From Zygophlyctis sp. KS116 (taxonomy: Eukaryota; Fungi; Chytridiomycota), in assembly GCA_054661495.1 (NCBI GenBank), contig BAAFSQ010000010.1, positions 1 through 32,000 of the forward strand: a DNA stretch of 32,000 bases, read 5' to 3'. Made by a program: the position numbers and the translations under genes. Under the pieces are notes generated by a model. That model ran no database searches. It worked only from the letters and a program-made list of their open reading frames with translations, and was not told the DNA's origin. Each line of letters opens with the position of its first letter. The stretch's first letter is position 1. Positions 1 to 11,327 of the stretch are shown piece by piece.

Positions 1-717
1 GCAAATAACCCATCCAACAGACATAAACTGAACAAACCATCCAAACAATACCGGAGTTATAACCAAATTTAAAAGATGCATCATATTAATAAAGATATTC
101 CAGAATTTAAAGAAGAGAGAAAATTCAGGTATAGTAAATTGCATAGCGTCTCTTAAACTTTTCCAGATAATAATTGATTGTTTTGGCTTTTTAAATAGTG
201 GATCTTTTTCTGTATCATCTAATTGTACTTCAAGTTTTTTAAACGATTTCTGAATAGCATTTGGCAATGAGATAATGGGAACTGAAAAGGGTGGCGACCG
301 AGCAGAAGGAGTTAACATGGCAATTCTTGGAACTGATTTTTCAATTCCATCTATTGATTTTTCAGATGCAGTCCCACTACCTGGAAAAAACACAGTCTTT
401 AACGGACTACCAAATTGTCCCTCAGAATTAGTGTGAATAATTGGTCGGTCCAACCTCTTTTTGGTAAATGAGTCACTTCTAAACGAGCGGTTATTCATTC
501 TTCCTCTGATCAGTTGAATCTCATCTGTATCAATATTTGGCTGAATGGTATTTTCAATTTCAATCTGTTCATTATTTACGCCAACTGCTCTGTCCTCTGA
601 ATCCTCTAATTCTATACAAGGAATTATGACTTGATCGTTAACAAGCTCATGATCGCTAGTACGCCTGATAATTCTTTGATCCTGAATACATTTAGTCTCA
701 TCATCATTAGTCTCCAT
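1..717 (-). CDS. 5' part of a probable cyclic-nucleotide-gated/HCN/EAG-type cation channel (runs off the window start)
   Basis: Open frame from ATG at 717 to base 1 (METNDDETKC...). A long hydrophilic N-terminus is followed by FTIPEFSLFFKFWNIFINMMHLLNLVITPVLFGW, which resembles the 'I-x-P-x-S-x-F...W...N...P...F' S1 segment of CNBD-family channels. Not in the ORF track because the stop lies outside the window. Confidence 0.55.
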   Translation of the reverse strand, partial: METNDDETKCIQDQRIIRRTSDHELVNDQVIIPCIELEDSEDRAVGVNNEQIEIENTIQPNIDTDEIQLIRGRMNNRSFRSDSFTKKRLDRPIIHTNSEGQFGSPLKTVFFPGSGTASEKSIDGIEKSVPRIAMLTPSARSPPFSVPIISLPNAIQKSFKKLEVQLDDTEKDPLFKKPKQSIIIWKSLRDAMQFTIPEFSLFFKFWNIFINMMHLLNLVITPVLFGWFVQFMSVGWVIC

Positions 718-835
718 CTAGATGATGATTTACAAAGTGGAATGACGTATTAGTTTGGAGTTGAAGTCTGGACCATGCCGGTGACGGTCAATTACTCACG
801 AGTTAGTTTATGTATTCTTACTGACCAATATATAT

Positions 836-1762
836 TTAGTGTTGTGGTATAGAATAATATCTCTGTTTTTTAGATAATGCAGCAGCTTTTGCTGTTGAAT
901 GCCTTTCATGTTCCTTTAGAAATTCAATTATATAATTGACATCTTCTTTAGATCCATCTAAAAGCCAATGCAGGACAAGATCGAAATTCCAATACTTTTC
1001 ATCCCATTTTAAATCTGAAAGAATAGATTTTGATTTAAGATGTGCGACTTTAGACTGATCAAAAACAGTAATCTTTTGTGTTGTAGAGTGCTTGTCAGAA
1101 AGAATAGAAAATAAGTAAGAATAAGACATACGTATCCCACTAATTTCTACATTTAGTACAGACTGAGGATGGCCTGGCGGTACCGGTTCTTGGTTCAATG
1201 AGAAAAACATTTGCATTTCATATGTCGAAAGAGATATTTCATTCTTTTTTGAAGGATCGGTTTGATCTCCAATTATATCAGTATCTACAGAGACTAGAGT
1301 AAAAGCAGAGTCCGATTTCCGGGGTTTATTTGGATTTGATGTCGATGGCCTAAATAATCCTTTGAGGCACCATTCGAATCTAGACAAATGTGATCTTCTC
1401 TCTAGGCTAATGAGATTTGTAGTTTCAGCAATTGACTTTGGAGTATGAGATAATTGTAATACTTGATTAGAAAAGTCCACTGATTTAATATATAGTGGGA
1501 TTTTAACTTGATCTTCAATCGAATGATTGACTTGGCCTTGATCGGACTCTATTAAATGAAACCAAGGAGATCCCCTGCTATTTATGATGAGCAAATGTAA
1601 ATGAAGTATTGGAACTGTAGAGTTTAGATCCAATAATTTGACTGCAAATGCCTTCTCACAATTCAGTTTGAATCGGACACTCACTCTTCGAAGGTTCCAT
1701 AACTGTTGATAAGTAGATTGAATCAGTATATTTTGTAGCAATTCATTAGGAAGATTATCCAT
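836..1762 (-). CDS. F-box domain protein
   Basis: N-terminal MDNLPNELLQNILIQSTYQQLWNLRRVSVRFK matches the F-box consensus (LPxELLxxI...L...VSxRF). The first ATG is at 1762; the ORF track's 1792 start is a TTG. Confidence 0.7.
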   Translation of the reverse strand: MDNLPNELLQNILIQSTYQQLWNLRRVSVRFKLNCEKAFAVKLLDLNSTVPILHLHLLIINSRGSPWFHLIESDQGQVNHSIEDQVKIPLYIKSVDFSNQVLQLSHTPKSIAETTNLISLERRSHLSRFEWCLKGLFRPSTSNPNKPRKSDSAFTLVSVDTDIIGDQTDPSKKNEISLSTYEMQMFFSLNQEPVPPGHPQSVLNVEISGIRMSYSYLFSILSDKHSTTQKITVFDQSKVAHLKSKSILSDLKWDEKYWNFDLVLHWLLDGSKEDVNYIIEFLKEHERHSTAKAAALSKKQRYYSIPQH

Positions 1763-1815
1763 GATGTTTATGTACAATGCTATAAATAACAATATACCAC
1801 ATGATTAGAATACGA

Positions 1816-3128
1816 TTATTCGAGTTTAATGTCAACCGAAGAGTCCAACTTGTTTATGAAATGAAGATTATTGATTTCCCATCCTTTAGATTGTAATAAT
1901 TGTGAAATATCTATATCTGATATGATTTCAAGACTTTTTCTATAAACAGATTCAGTCCCTGATACCAGGCCTGAATCAATTAAATAACAAATCACATTTG
2001 CATGAAAATAACCATTTAATTTTCCAGAGTCAGAACAACCTTTTAAGAACCAAAGACAAACAGAGTTTTCAGGAGTTATATAAATTCTATAATTTTGTGA
2101 ATTTCCATAGTGATCTCGAGATAATGATTCAATCAGAGATTCAGTATTTGGATTGTTTTTTGAGATTAAATCAATTATAGAAGGACATATTAGTAAAGGA
2201 GTCTTGTAAACTGCTTTTTGAGGATATAGTAATGATTCTTGTTTAGAAATCAAATCTGGTATCCCAATTTCAAGTCCTTTTCCATTTGCTAGACTAGTAA
2301 TAAATGGTTTTAGTACCAAGATTAACCGCTCTTCATTTAATGTTCTTGTAACTACAGAAGAATTTCCAAGATACGCTGCAGCAATATTAATTAAACTTAA
2401 CGGAGTAAAAACACTACATAAAAGTAAAGGATCAATTGTTGAACTTTCCACTGATCCTAAAGTCCAAGAGATACTTATTCCTAATCCCGTCCCAACCAAT
2501 CCTGCAGCTGTTGCTTGAGCTCCAGATTTAGCTGTTACATCTCCTAAATTATCAGCTTTTGTAAATCCCTTGTGCATTGCAGCTCTCGTAGCAGCAGAAG
2601 CCAACCATCCAATATTTTTCCCAATATTAGCAATTGAAGCCATTAAAACAAAATACGCCGGAAAAAAAGGCGTTAAAATTTCAATCAGAGTAGCACCTTG
2701 TATCGAAAGGGCAGCCCAAAATCGATATCTCTATCATTAATTAGAGTATTTTTTACCTTTGGCGATGCATCAAATCTTGATCCCATGAATCCGGCGTATA
2801 ATACTCCTCCTAAAAGCCCAAAACCATCCTTAATTATCCAATTTGTAGTGGCCGCTAGACCCATAGAAATTCCGGTGCCTAATCCAAGTGCATGCAACAT
2901 TGCCTGAGTACTTATTGTGCCTGCAATTGTACCGGTTACTGATTGCACAAACTGGAAGCCACTAAACCTAAAATAATCACTTGTTACAGAGTATGGATAA
3001 CTCTTTGGAAGAAACATTGATTGTAAGAAATTGCCTTTTTGCTTGCTCTGATCAAACGATACATTGATTGACTGATGATTGAATTTGAACTTGTGCTGTC
3101 CTTGCTTAATGATGAGCTGTTTTGCCAT
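1816..3128 (-). CDS. RUS1/RUSF1 (C16orf58, DUF647) family protein
   Basis: Motifs FLPKSYPYSVTSDY, WIIKDGFG, ATRAAMH..F...DNLGDVTAK and TLNEERL. One 26-nt intron (2731-2756) joins the two ORF-track fragments: ...DASPK|RYRFWAA... Confidence 0.9.
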
Positions 3129-3158
3129 CCTACGCTTTGACCCTTTGACAAATCCAAT

Positions 3159-4004
3159 ATGTCATCGACAATCTTCATTGGGAATCTGCCCCTTGGAACA
3201 TCTGCAAAGGCTTTAGCCGAGGCATTCCAAGAGTAATAATCACATTTATTAATATCAGATTCGGAACTCTAGTAAAATGTGAAATACCTTCGCCGAAACA
3301 GAATTTTAGTTCGCTGTATCTGATTTAACTAAGTTTTTTAGATTTGGTTTTATAGAATTTGCTGACATCTCTCATGCTAGATCTGCTGTTGAATCCATGA
3401 ATTGTAAAGAATGGAATGGGAATGTATTAAAGATTGAAGTGATATTTTCTTTTATTAAATTTAGATTTCCAATTCTAGACATGCAAACAAGTCATATACT
3501 CCACCTCTTTCTAGAGGAGGATCTAGAAGTCAATTACCTTTTAGATTTGATTATTCAAGGGATCAGTCTACTTCTGATGGTCGTCGTGGGCCTTCAAATA
3601 TGTCATACAGACCCAAGAGTCCGTCGTATAAGCCTTCCAGTCCTTCATATAGGCCTACAAGTCCTTCATACAGCCCCAAGAGTCCTTCTTATAGCCCCAA
3701 GAGTCCTTCATACATGCCTGCTAGAAGTAGATCACCTGATTATAGATCTAGAAGAACAGAGTCTTTTAGTAGACATGGATCTAATGATTATAAGGCATCT
3801 AACGGATATAAAAGATCTAATGGATATAGTAGATATAATAATAGGTCTGATGGATATATTGGACGCTCTGATAGAAATCAGTCACCGCCTCGTCGTTCAA
3901 GATCTCCTACATCTCGTAATAGATCTCCAAGAAGACAAGGAGTAAATTCAAATGGTATGTATGGTAGATCTGAAGCACCCTATACTAAAAGAAGATTTCA
4001 ATAA
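3159..4004 (+). CDS. SR-like RNA-binding protein: N-terminal RRM, Pol II CTD-like heptads, RS-rich tail
   Basis: Three 26-nt introns (3233-3258, 3316-3341, 3439-3464) give [35 protein letters not shown]...[21 protein letters not shown]... (RNP2 IFIGNL, RNP1 FGFIEF). This is in frame with ORF 3600..4004 (heptads and RSRSP repeats). Confidence 0.85.
3606..3710 (+). repeat. Five tandem 21-nt coding repeats encoding Y-x-P-x-S-P-S heptads
   Basis: [35 protein letters not shown] read directly from the sequence. Confidence 0.9.
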
Positions 4005-4027
4005 AATTTAAGAAAAAAAATAGTCTT

Positions 4028-4306
4028 ATGAATATTAGATCTTATCTGCTAGAATGGAAAAACAATCATAAAGACTGGAAATTCCAAAAGTCTAAACAGA
4101 ATTGGATCATTAGAAATATTTATACAATGGAAAAGGATCTATTCAAGATTGCAATCAAGTATCTAAAAACAGGATCGATCAAACCGTTTGTGATTGAGAA
4201 TGCTCAAGCCATCCAAGCAAAGGAATTGCCTGATAAGGAATCTGTCGACTACAAGAGATTAAAGACTCAGAGAAAGAGGGCGAGGAAGATTGTTAAATTA
4301 GGTTAA
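4028..4306 (+). CDS. WKF-domain (DUF2373, C7orf50-like) small basic protein
   Basis: YLLEW...WKFQKSKQNWIIRNIY and a C-terminal RARKI. Intronless. Confidence 0.8.
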   Translation: MNIRSYLLEWKNNHKDWKFQKSKQNWIIRNIYTMEKDLFKIAIKYLKTGSIKPFVIENAQAIQAKELPDKESVDYKRLKTQRKRARKIVKLG

Positions 4307-4314
4307 TAAATTGC

Positions 4315-6001
4315 ATGAAACAGATACTATTTCCATTGATATTAGCTGTTGTGGGGATCTTTTTTATTTTAGGATCGGTCCGATTTCCTCAGGTTCCACT
4401 CATGTCTGGTAATAGAATTGATCATGATCCAACAGTGCAAAATATGACTGATACGCAACTAAGTAAGGGCGATCTGTATAATGGACTGCTCACTTGTGGA
4501 TCTGATTTGATTTATTATACAATCAGTACACAAGATGAAAATAGTCATTTAGTCGCTTGGGGAACAATGGGAAAAGGCAAAAGTTTTAATTTTAAATCGG
4601 TCGGATCAGTAATACAGGCAAAAGCTAGGCATGCATGTGTTGAAAATAGTCTTTTATCAGTACTTTCTTCAACAGTTGATGATGAATCAATAGCGTATTC
4701 TGTATCAAGATATTCTCTAAATCCTAAATTTACAGTCCAAAATGCGGTAATAAAGGGGAATTTGGGATTTGTAAGGTTTGAAAATAGTTTCAACAATGAT
4801 GTTTTATATACTAGAAGGAATGATCAATACGTTTTTAGGATAAATTCGGAATCAAATAATTCAATTAAAGGTCCATTGTCCGAAGGGTTTTCAGGGAGGA
4901 TAATGGCTTTAAAGGGGATATATTCTAAAAAGTAATTCATGATTGGACTAATTAATGATAGGAATGGTTCAAGAGCGATTTTTGCTTTTAGATACAAGTC
5001 ATATAATGAATCTCCGGTTTTCAAGGTGTATATTACACTGTTTTATCAGGAGGATAAAGCTGAAGAATGGAAATGGAAAAATTTATATCAAGCTACATTA
5101 ACTGGTATAGAAGATGAGTATATTAGGTAGGAATTTTAAGGATTTCAAATGATAGTTTACATGATACTTATCGCTTATTTTTCTTGTCTAGTCCTGTTAT
5201 TGGTATTTAATTAATCTCAACTTTAGGTGCTTCAAACGACGGAAAAATATTGTGTTTTGTATTCTTGAAGCAGTTTTTCACGGTTGAGTATGATCAAACA
5301 GAGTCTGCAGATACATTTTATGGGTATCGGATGATACAACAGAGAATTAATGGTCCTAAAGTACAACCAACGGATATCTTAATTGATGATGATGGCTCAA
5401 TGACTATTTTATCTGAAGAAAATGAAATTTTCCTTTTTAAAAGGACCAAAGTACATGTAAAGCATAATATGGCATTTGATATATCTCAAGTAATGGTTTT
5501 AAAGGCAATCAAAGCTTTAACATTTCCACTTTTTTCTCTGCTTTTTGAAGAAGGATTTTTTCGTGGAGAGATTCAAACTCAAAAAGATTGGAACTTGGAA
5601 ATGATGCGAAATCCTGCTATTGATAGGATACGCTATAATAAAATAGCAATATCAATGGCCAAAATGGACTCAAAAATATGTAACTTGATTACTTTATTTA
5701 CGTTAAGTTATATTATTTGATGATATGTCGCTTTTAACTCTTGGATTAGATGTGAATAATTACAAAATATCCTTTTGGTCTGTATTATTATCTAGATGGG
5801 ATTTAGTGTTGGCAATAAGTTTGATTACTTTGATATTTGTGTTGAATGAAATAAGGTGATTAAGAGTAAAGTGATTTCTAATTCAATAGAATACAATCTG
5901 CCAGTGCAGCAAGAATAATACCAAACATGACACCACCACCATCTTTGCTACTGATCCTAATTTTCTTTGGCCTCTCTTATTTTTCCATCTTGTTTTTGTA
6001 A
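4315..6001 (+). CDS. Uncharacterised secretory/membrane protein (N-terminal signal or anchor, C-terminal TM segment(s))
   Basis: The ORF fragments join through introns 4932-4961, 5127-5155, 5203-5226 and 5680-5707 (AAG acceptor). A possible last intron is 5856-5889; without it the CDS stops near 5859. Hydrophobic N-terminus and C-terminal stretches. Confidence 0.6.
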
Positions 6002-6082
6002 TCTTTTGGAATTCACCATTCACTCATTTAAAATGGATGCCTGCCAGTCATTGAATATCGTTTAGCGAAAACTTAGTTTATT

Positions 6083-7646
6083 TTACAATTGGTTGGCGCA
6101 GCGTGCTCCATTCTGATTAAATTGAGTTCCTTTGAATCGATTAGGATCAAAGTATCTTCCAAATGAAGGCAACGTTTTTTCATATCTTGAATCGAATCGG
6201 GACAAGACATGTCCTGCGACCAATGAGCCAGCAGCTTGACTGCACATAATACCAAATCCTGAAACTCCACTTAAATTTATACAATATAAACATTACCCAC
6301 AAACATAGAGTCCATCTACATCATCAACTGGTCCCAGCAAAGGTGTGTTATCCTGAGTCTTACAATAATAACCACTTTTGATTTTCATCTGAGTTCGACT
6401 TGCTAGAGGATCCGATGGCGAAAAATACTCTGACAATGCGGGAACCATTTTTGAGAGACCTCTTAAAGTCACAATGTCATAGTATTTCGGATCTTGGGTA
6501 GGAAAAGAGGGAAATTCAGATAAGTCACTATTGTCATAAGTCCAAATCCCATAAAACGAGCTATACTTTTAATTGAGAAAATACATACCGTTCACCATTA
6601 CATTCTCCATTACTTAATGGACGCAAATGAGCGCCAGATATTCCAGGCACTGGAATAGAATGTAAAAGTGGAGTTACCCGTGAATTTTTCTGAGAATAGT
6701 CCTTCAGAATACGTTTCTCGTTGTCCGACCAAGGCAGATCTACCCCATCACTCCAGATCATAAAAGGCATTCCTTCAGGAATAAAATTATTTGGGTCATT
6801 AAACTCGACTCGAGAGTGTAATTCATTCATGACAGGAAAATCTACATTGGCCATTTGACCAAACTTCTTCAAATACGGTCCTACTGCCAGAACCAATGCT
6901 GAAGCCCGTATAGTATGAGAGCCTTGATGCTCTAATTCTTTTAGTGGATCTGTGACTTTGACACCTTCCACCCTTTTATCCGATGTCATCATAATTTCAT
7001 CAACAGACCCACTCATAAACTCAACATTATTTTTTAAACATTGCTGATACAGGTATTCACCCAATTTAGGAACATTTAAGTAACCAGCTTTCCTAATGTG
7101 CATTGCTACTTGCACTTCTTGACTTACATTGGGATATAATCTTTTAATGATTGAAGAATCAGTAAAAAGATCGATGCCCGAATCAAGAGGCCCATCTTGA
7201 CTATTAATTCGAACTTCTCCAGATCCATTATGTGACGCCATTCGTGCTAAATCATTATACCGATCAAACGATCCCTTTTTAGCAGAGAAAAACGTATATC
7301 CATTCTGCTTCATCTCAAATGAATTATTTGATTCTGCTTTGAGCTCCATCAATCGATCAACTGCAATTTAGCTTATTCGAGCCTTACTCGAATCGTTTGC
7401 GAGCGCAGTCATTGGCGCAGATTCCGGATAAAAGTTTCTAAATCCTCCAGTAGATGAATTAGAGGTCAGATCCAACAAATGACCTTTTTTCTCGATAAGT
7501 AAGACTTTCAATTTCCTTGATTTAGAGAGATAGTAAGCAGTAGAAAGACCCAATATACCTCCACCGGCTAAGGCTTATCATGGTCTACTCTTACCTATAA
7601 TTACATCTGCAGCATGTCCTGTGGTGATCGCACTAGTAATTTTCAT
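6083..7646 (-). CDS. FAD-dependent oxidoreductase (DAO/sarcosine oxidase-like family)
   Basis: Spliced Rossmann motif DVIIAGGGILGLSTAYYL, plus GYYCKTQDNTPLLGP and GGVSGFGIMCSQAAG. Introns 7568-7594, 7361-7387, 6561-6588 and 6270-6296 (AAG). Confidence 0.88.
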
Positions 7647-7732
7647 GTCAAAGCCTTTTGCGCTTAACGAAGAGAAAGCTTAAGCGCTTAAAACTCTTTC
7701 GGACAAAAATCTTAAATTCTATTATAAAATCC

Positions 7733-8899
7733 TTAAATGTCCATCATAGTTACATTCACATCTGTAAATAAAGTATTTTGAGTAATCGGAGTAATCCAAC
7801 TATCATCAGATCCACCAAAAAATGTATCCCATTGTATACCTTCCAGGGAAACATCATCAGTCTTTCTCCAAACTATTTGGTTATAATTTATAACTTGAAC
7901 TCCATTAAAAATGATCGTGATCGATCCATCTGCTTTATAATTTGAGGATTTCACAGTATTCAACGTAATGATCTGTTGGATATTATTCCATTGGCCAGTT
8001 TGAAATAGAAAAGATCCACGGCCGATTGAGGCACCATAATCTCGATTACATAAACTGAATGGCGGAACGCTACAAAATCCAGGATTCTGTACTGACTGAT
8101 CTACATAAATATAAATCTCTCCGGCCCCTTTTGATCTAAACATAAATCGTGACGAGAAACAGTCTAATGCCTAGAATAAATATCTTGTAAATTACACTCG
8201 ATCCACCAGAGCATGAAGGATGTCCACCATATAGTCCTGGTAATTTACCTCCTTTGACAAAGTTAAATCCAGCCGGGAAAAAGACATTGTATGATAGAGA
8301 AATAGATTTCTGTTTAGAGAAATCAATAGGAGTCAATGCATAAATTCCCAATCCGCCAATAACTAATCCAGATGCTCCTGGATTTCTTGATCCTTTAGGA
8401 TAAGTTATGCTCAATACATCAGTGTTGATTCCATTCTTTGGAGCAGATACAATTTTACCATTCAAAAGACCAAAAGTCTTTTCTTTCAATGCCATCCAGT
8501 CATAAAATAGAGGAAATTTAGGATCAAAATAGGGAGTCCACGAGAAAGAAGTTGGGAGATTTGACTCTGCTGCAGATGATTTGAGTATGGAAGTAGCAAT
8601 AAGAGATGATTTTATAGTGGGTGCTCCTATAGCCGATGTAACATTTGGTGCAATAGATGCAGATGATTTAGTTGTTATCGATGATCCTGGCGTAATTCTC
8701 GCGCCAGAAGATGTTGCGGATGGCGTCGCAGATGGGATCAGAACAGGACTATTAATTTAATCATTTTCTCTTACGTAATCTTGTCTTTATCTCTATCTCT
8801 GATCCGCTTTGGTTTCTTTGGCTTGCTCCGTCTGGGAAATATATCTGATGAATATATCGGACAAATCAGCATTTCCCATAAAATAAGCCATACAATCAT
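7733..8899 (-). CDS. Secreted polysaccharide lyase family 14 (alginate/glucuronan lyase-like) with S/T/P-rich linker
   Basis: FNFVKGGKLPGLYGG, CFSSRFMFR..GAGEIY, YGASIGRGSF.F..GQW and TFFGG.D.SW.TP are typical PL14 motifs. Hydrophobic N-terminus; introns 8749-8774 and 8171-8195. Confidence 0.85.
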
Positions 8900-9162
8900 G
8901 TCTAAAAATTAAATTTCATATTAGTTGGATTTACTGTCTATTAATCTAAAATTTAATCGCATCATATCTCAAAAGATTGTATTTGAAAGTTTCCGACAAT
9001 TCTCGGACATGATCCATTCAAAAAACTGTCCTTTAATAACCACAAATACTGTGATATTAGATATAGTGAATTATGGATTCAATGCATCCATCAGTTGTAT
9101 TAATATCTTTGCGGTACAATGTGCATTTTTAATCAAGTCGGAAGCATATCTTTTAAATATTA

Positions 9163-10326
9163 ATGCAGTTCAGGCTTCGAACAAGACTAAAGAATTTCAT
9201 GTGGAGGAATTGGGGTATCATATCATTCATTCTGATATTCGCTCTTCTTATCCATTCTGTAATTAAGATCTCACGGCTATGTATGCAAATTGGCAAAAAC
9301 TTGACAGCTATTAAAAATCATACAACCGTATTCATAAAAAAAATCGATAATACGGGCTCAGCGATTGCAAAACTCTACCAAAATTTAGGCATTTCATTTA
9401 ATTCTGAATTTGGGTAATTCTAAAATCAATAATTTTAGAGACATTCACGAATTTGATGATAAGTTATCAATGAACTATTTGGCGAATGAAATACTTTATA
9501 ATCTGACAACATTTAATAGATCAACTGTTTTTCAGATTGCAATCCTATCATCGATCATTGAACAAAAGATTCCAGGCACGGACATACCGGCGATAATCCA
9601 TCAGTATTGGAACGATGATCTTGAAATGGACTCCAATAGTCAGATATCCAACCAAAAATGGATTGCCTTGAATCAGGATTATATATATTTGATGTGGGAT
9701 GACAATGACATTGTTGCATTTCTAGAGGCATTTTATCCTGATCATCTATATAGATTTGTCCAATTATCCTCTACATTCTTGAAAGAAACGTTCTTCAAAT
9801 ACATGATACTGCAAAAGTATGGAGGAGTTTATGCTGCCATTAATACCGAGCCTACTTATTCATTGTCCGAATGGATCAATCAGTCAAAATTAAATCATGC
9901 AGAGGTATATCATAGCCAAGATCAGAACTATCCAATCCGTTTTATATCTGGTGTTGAATCAGCCAACACAAGATCTAAAAATAATTTAGCCAATATAGAA
10001 ATATCTCCAGTACTGATTGCTTCAAGTCCTGGACACGCTGTTTTAGAACAAATGATATCAACGATTTTAAACAGCAATGTGAGGAGGCTAATGGATCCTA
10101 ATCAATGGACGAGGATAATATCAAATTTTTGGAAAGATATGGGATTTAATCCTATTGATTTTACAAATTTGGGTTTGAAGTCAATCATTATTGACGATCA
10201 ACTATTTCTACCATTGAAAGCCTTTGAATCAAAAAAATCCAACACCAGAAACATGTGTAAATTATTTCAAATAATTAAATAGTATCTGCTGATTCTACCC
10301 AGCCACTCTTGATCAACTGGATATAA
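9163..10326 (+). CDS. GT32 (Och1/Sur1-like) glycosyltransferase-family type II membrane protein, DxD motif degenerate
   Basis: N-terminal TM, IPAIIHQYW, YLMWDDND, FFKYMILQKYGGVY and ASSPGH. Introns 9414-9438 and 10257-10282, probably also an in-frame 9281-9307. Confidence 0.8.
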
Positions 10327-10336
10327 TTTAGCAATA

Positions 10337-11150
10337 CTAAAGCCCTTGGTTTTTTACCCAATCCATAAACAAGTCTGCTTTATCGTCCAAAGACTTAAAT
10401 TTCCTGTAAAAATTTGAATCTAGTTTTTCCAATTCTTTTCTAGTTTTTTTCCATCCTAAAATCAGTGACTCTTGAGGAACATCCTGTAACAAGTGATAAA
10501 ATTCCATTAATAGCGTATTCCTTAAATCTGCCTTTTTCTTTTCCGCACGTTCTTTTGACAAGACCAACCATTCCTCAAAACTTGCTTCTCTCTCCTTGAT
10601 TGGTAATGCCATAAACTCTGCATGTCTCTTATACCTTTTCTGACATTCAGCCCAAGTCAACTGATGAGAAGCATTTTGACTATCAAGTAGCGCAAAGAAT
10701 TTTTCCTTTAAAAGAGACTTATTATCTGATCTAGCCTGTATTTCTTCTTGAGCCTTTTCCTTACAATATTCACTAAAAACAGTCTTTTTCTCCTTTTCTG
10801 ACAATTCTAATTCCTTGAATGATTCATTTTCAATCTTTAATTTTTCAAGATCCCAGTCTCCAAACGGGGATAATCCAGCATCAATAATCATATTTTTTAA
10901 ACGATCCAACATTTCAGCTAATGATTAGAATTTGATTTTTACCTTTATCCTGTTTCTCTAATAATTTCTCTTGGATCAGCTCTGGTTCTGGAGGAGCGAA
11001 TGCATTCAATACAAAATCTTCCAATTCTTGAGGGATTTCCCATGTCGATGATTTCGATCTGATGTTATGGTAAAACACATTATCTAGACTAGTTTTAATT
11101 GCAATCCATGCAGTTGACGGAACTCTTTTGTAAGCGACTGCAATTTCCAT
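10337..11150 (-). CDS. WW + FF domain protein (TCERG1/Dre4/Urn1-like splicing-associated factor)
   Basis: WW-like W...VFYHNIRSKSSTWEIP and FF-like repeats (SPFGDW...KKTVFSEYC; FFALL...TW...R..SFEEW). Intron 10918-10942 (25 nt). Confidence 0.8.
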
Positions 11151-11327
11151 TATTTATAGGTTTATTCATTTAATAATTTGCTATTCTTGATCAGATGCAT
11201 TAATCGGCATTTGAAAGAATGGCATCATAACAACTTCCTGGCGAATGACATTGCTTGTAAAGATATATTCAATGACAGATACTCAGGATACATTTTGTAA
11301 TTTCCGATCTATTTAAATAATATCCGC

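Noticed and set aside
3397-3945. 182-aa ORF overlapping the SR-like protein
   Set aside because: Only its first codons are real RRM exon. The rest is the off-frame read-through of intron 3439-3464.
8925-9266. 113-aa ORF starting at TTG
   Set aside because: No recognisable motif or ATG context. It spans the PL14/GT32 promoter and overlaps GT32 out of frame.
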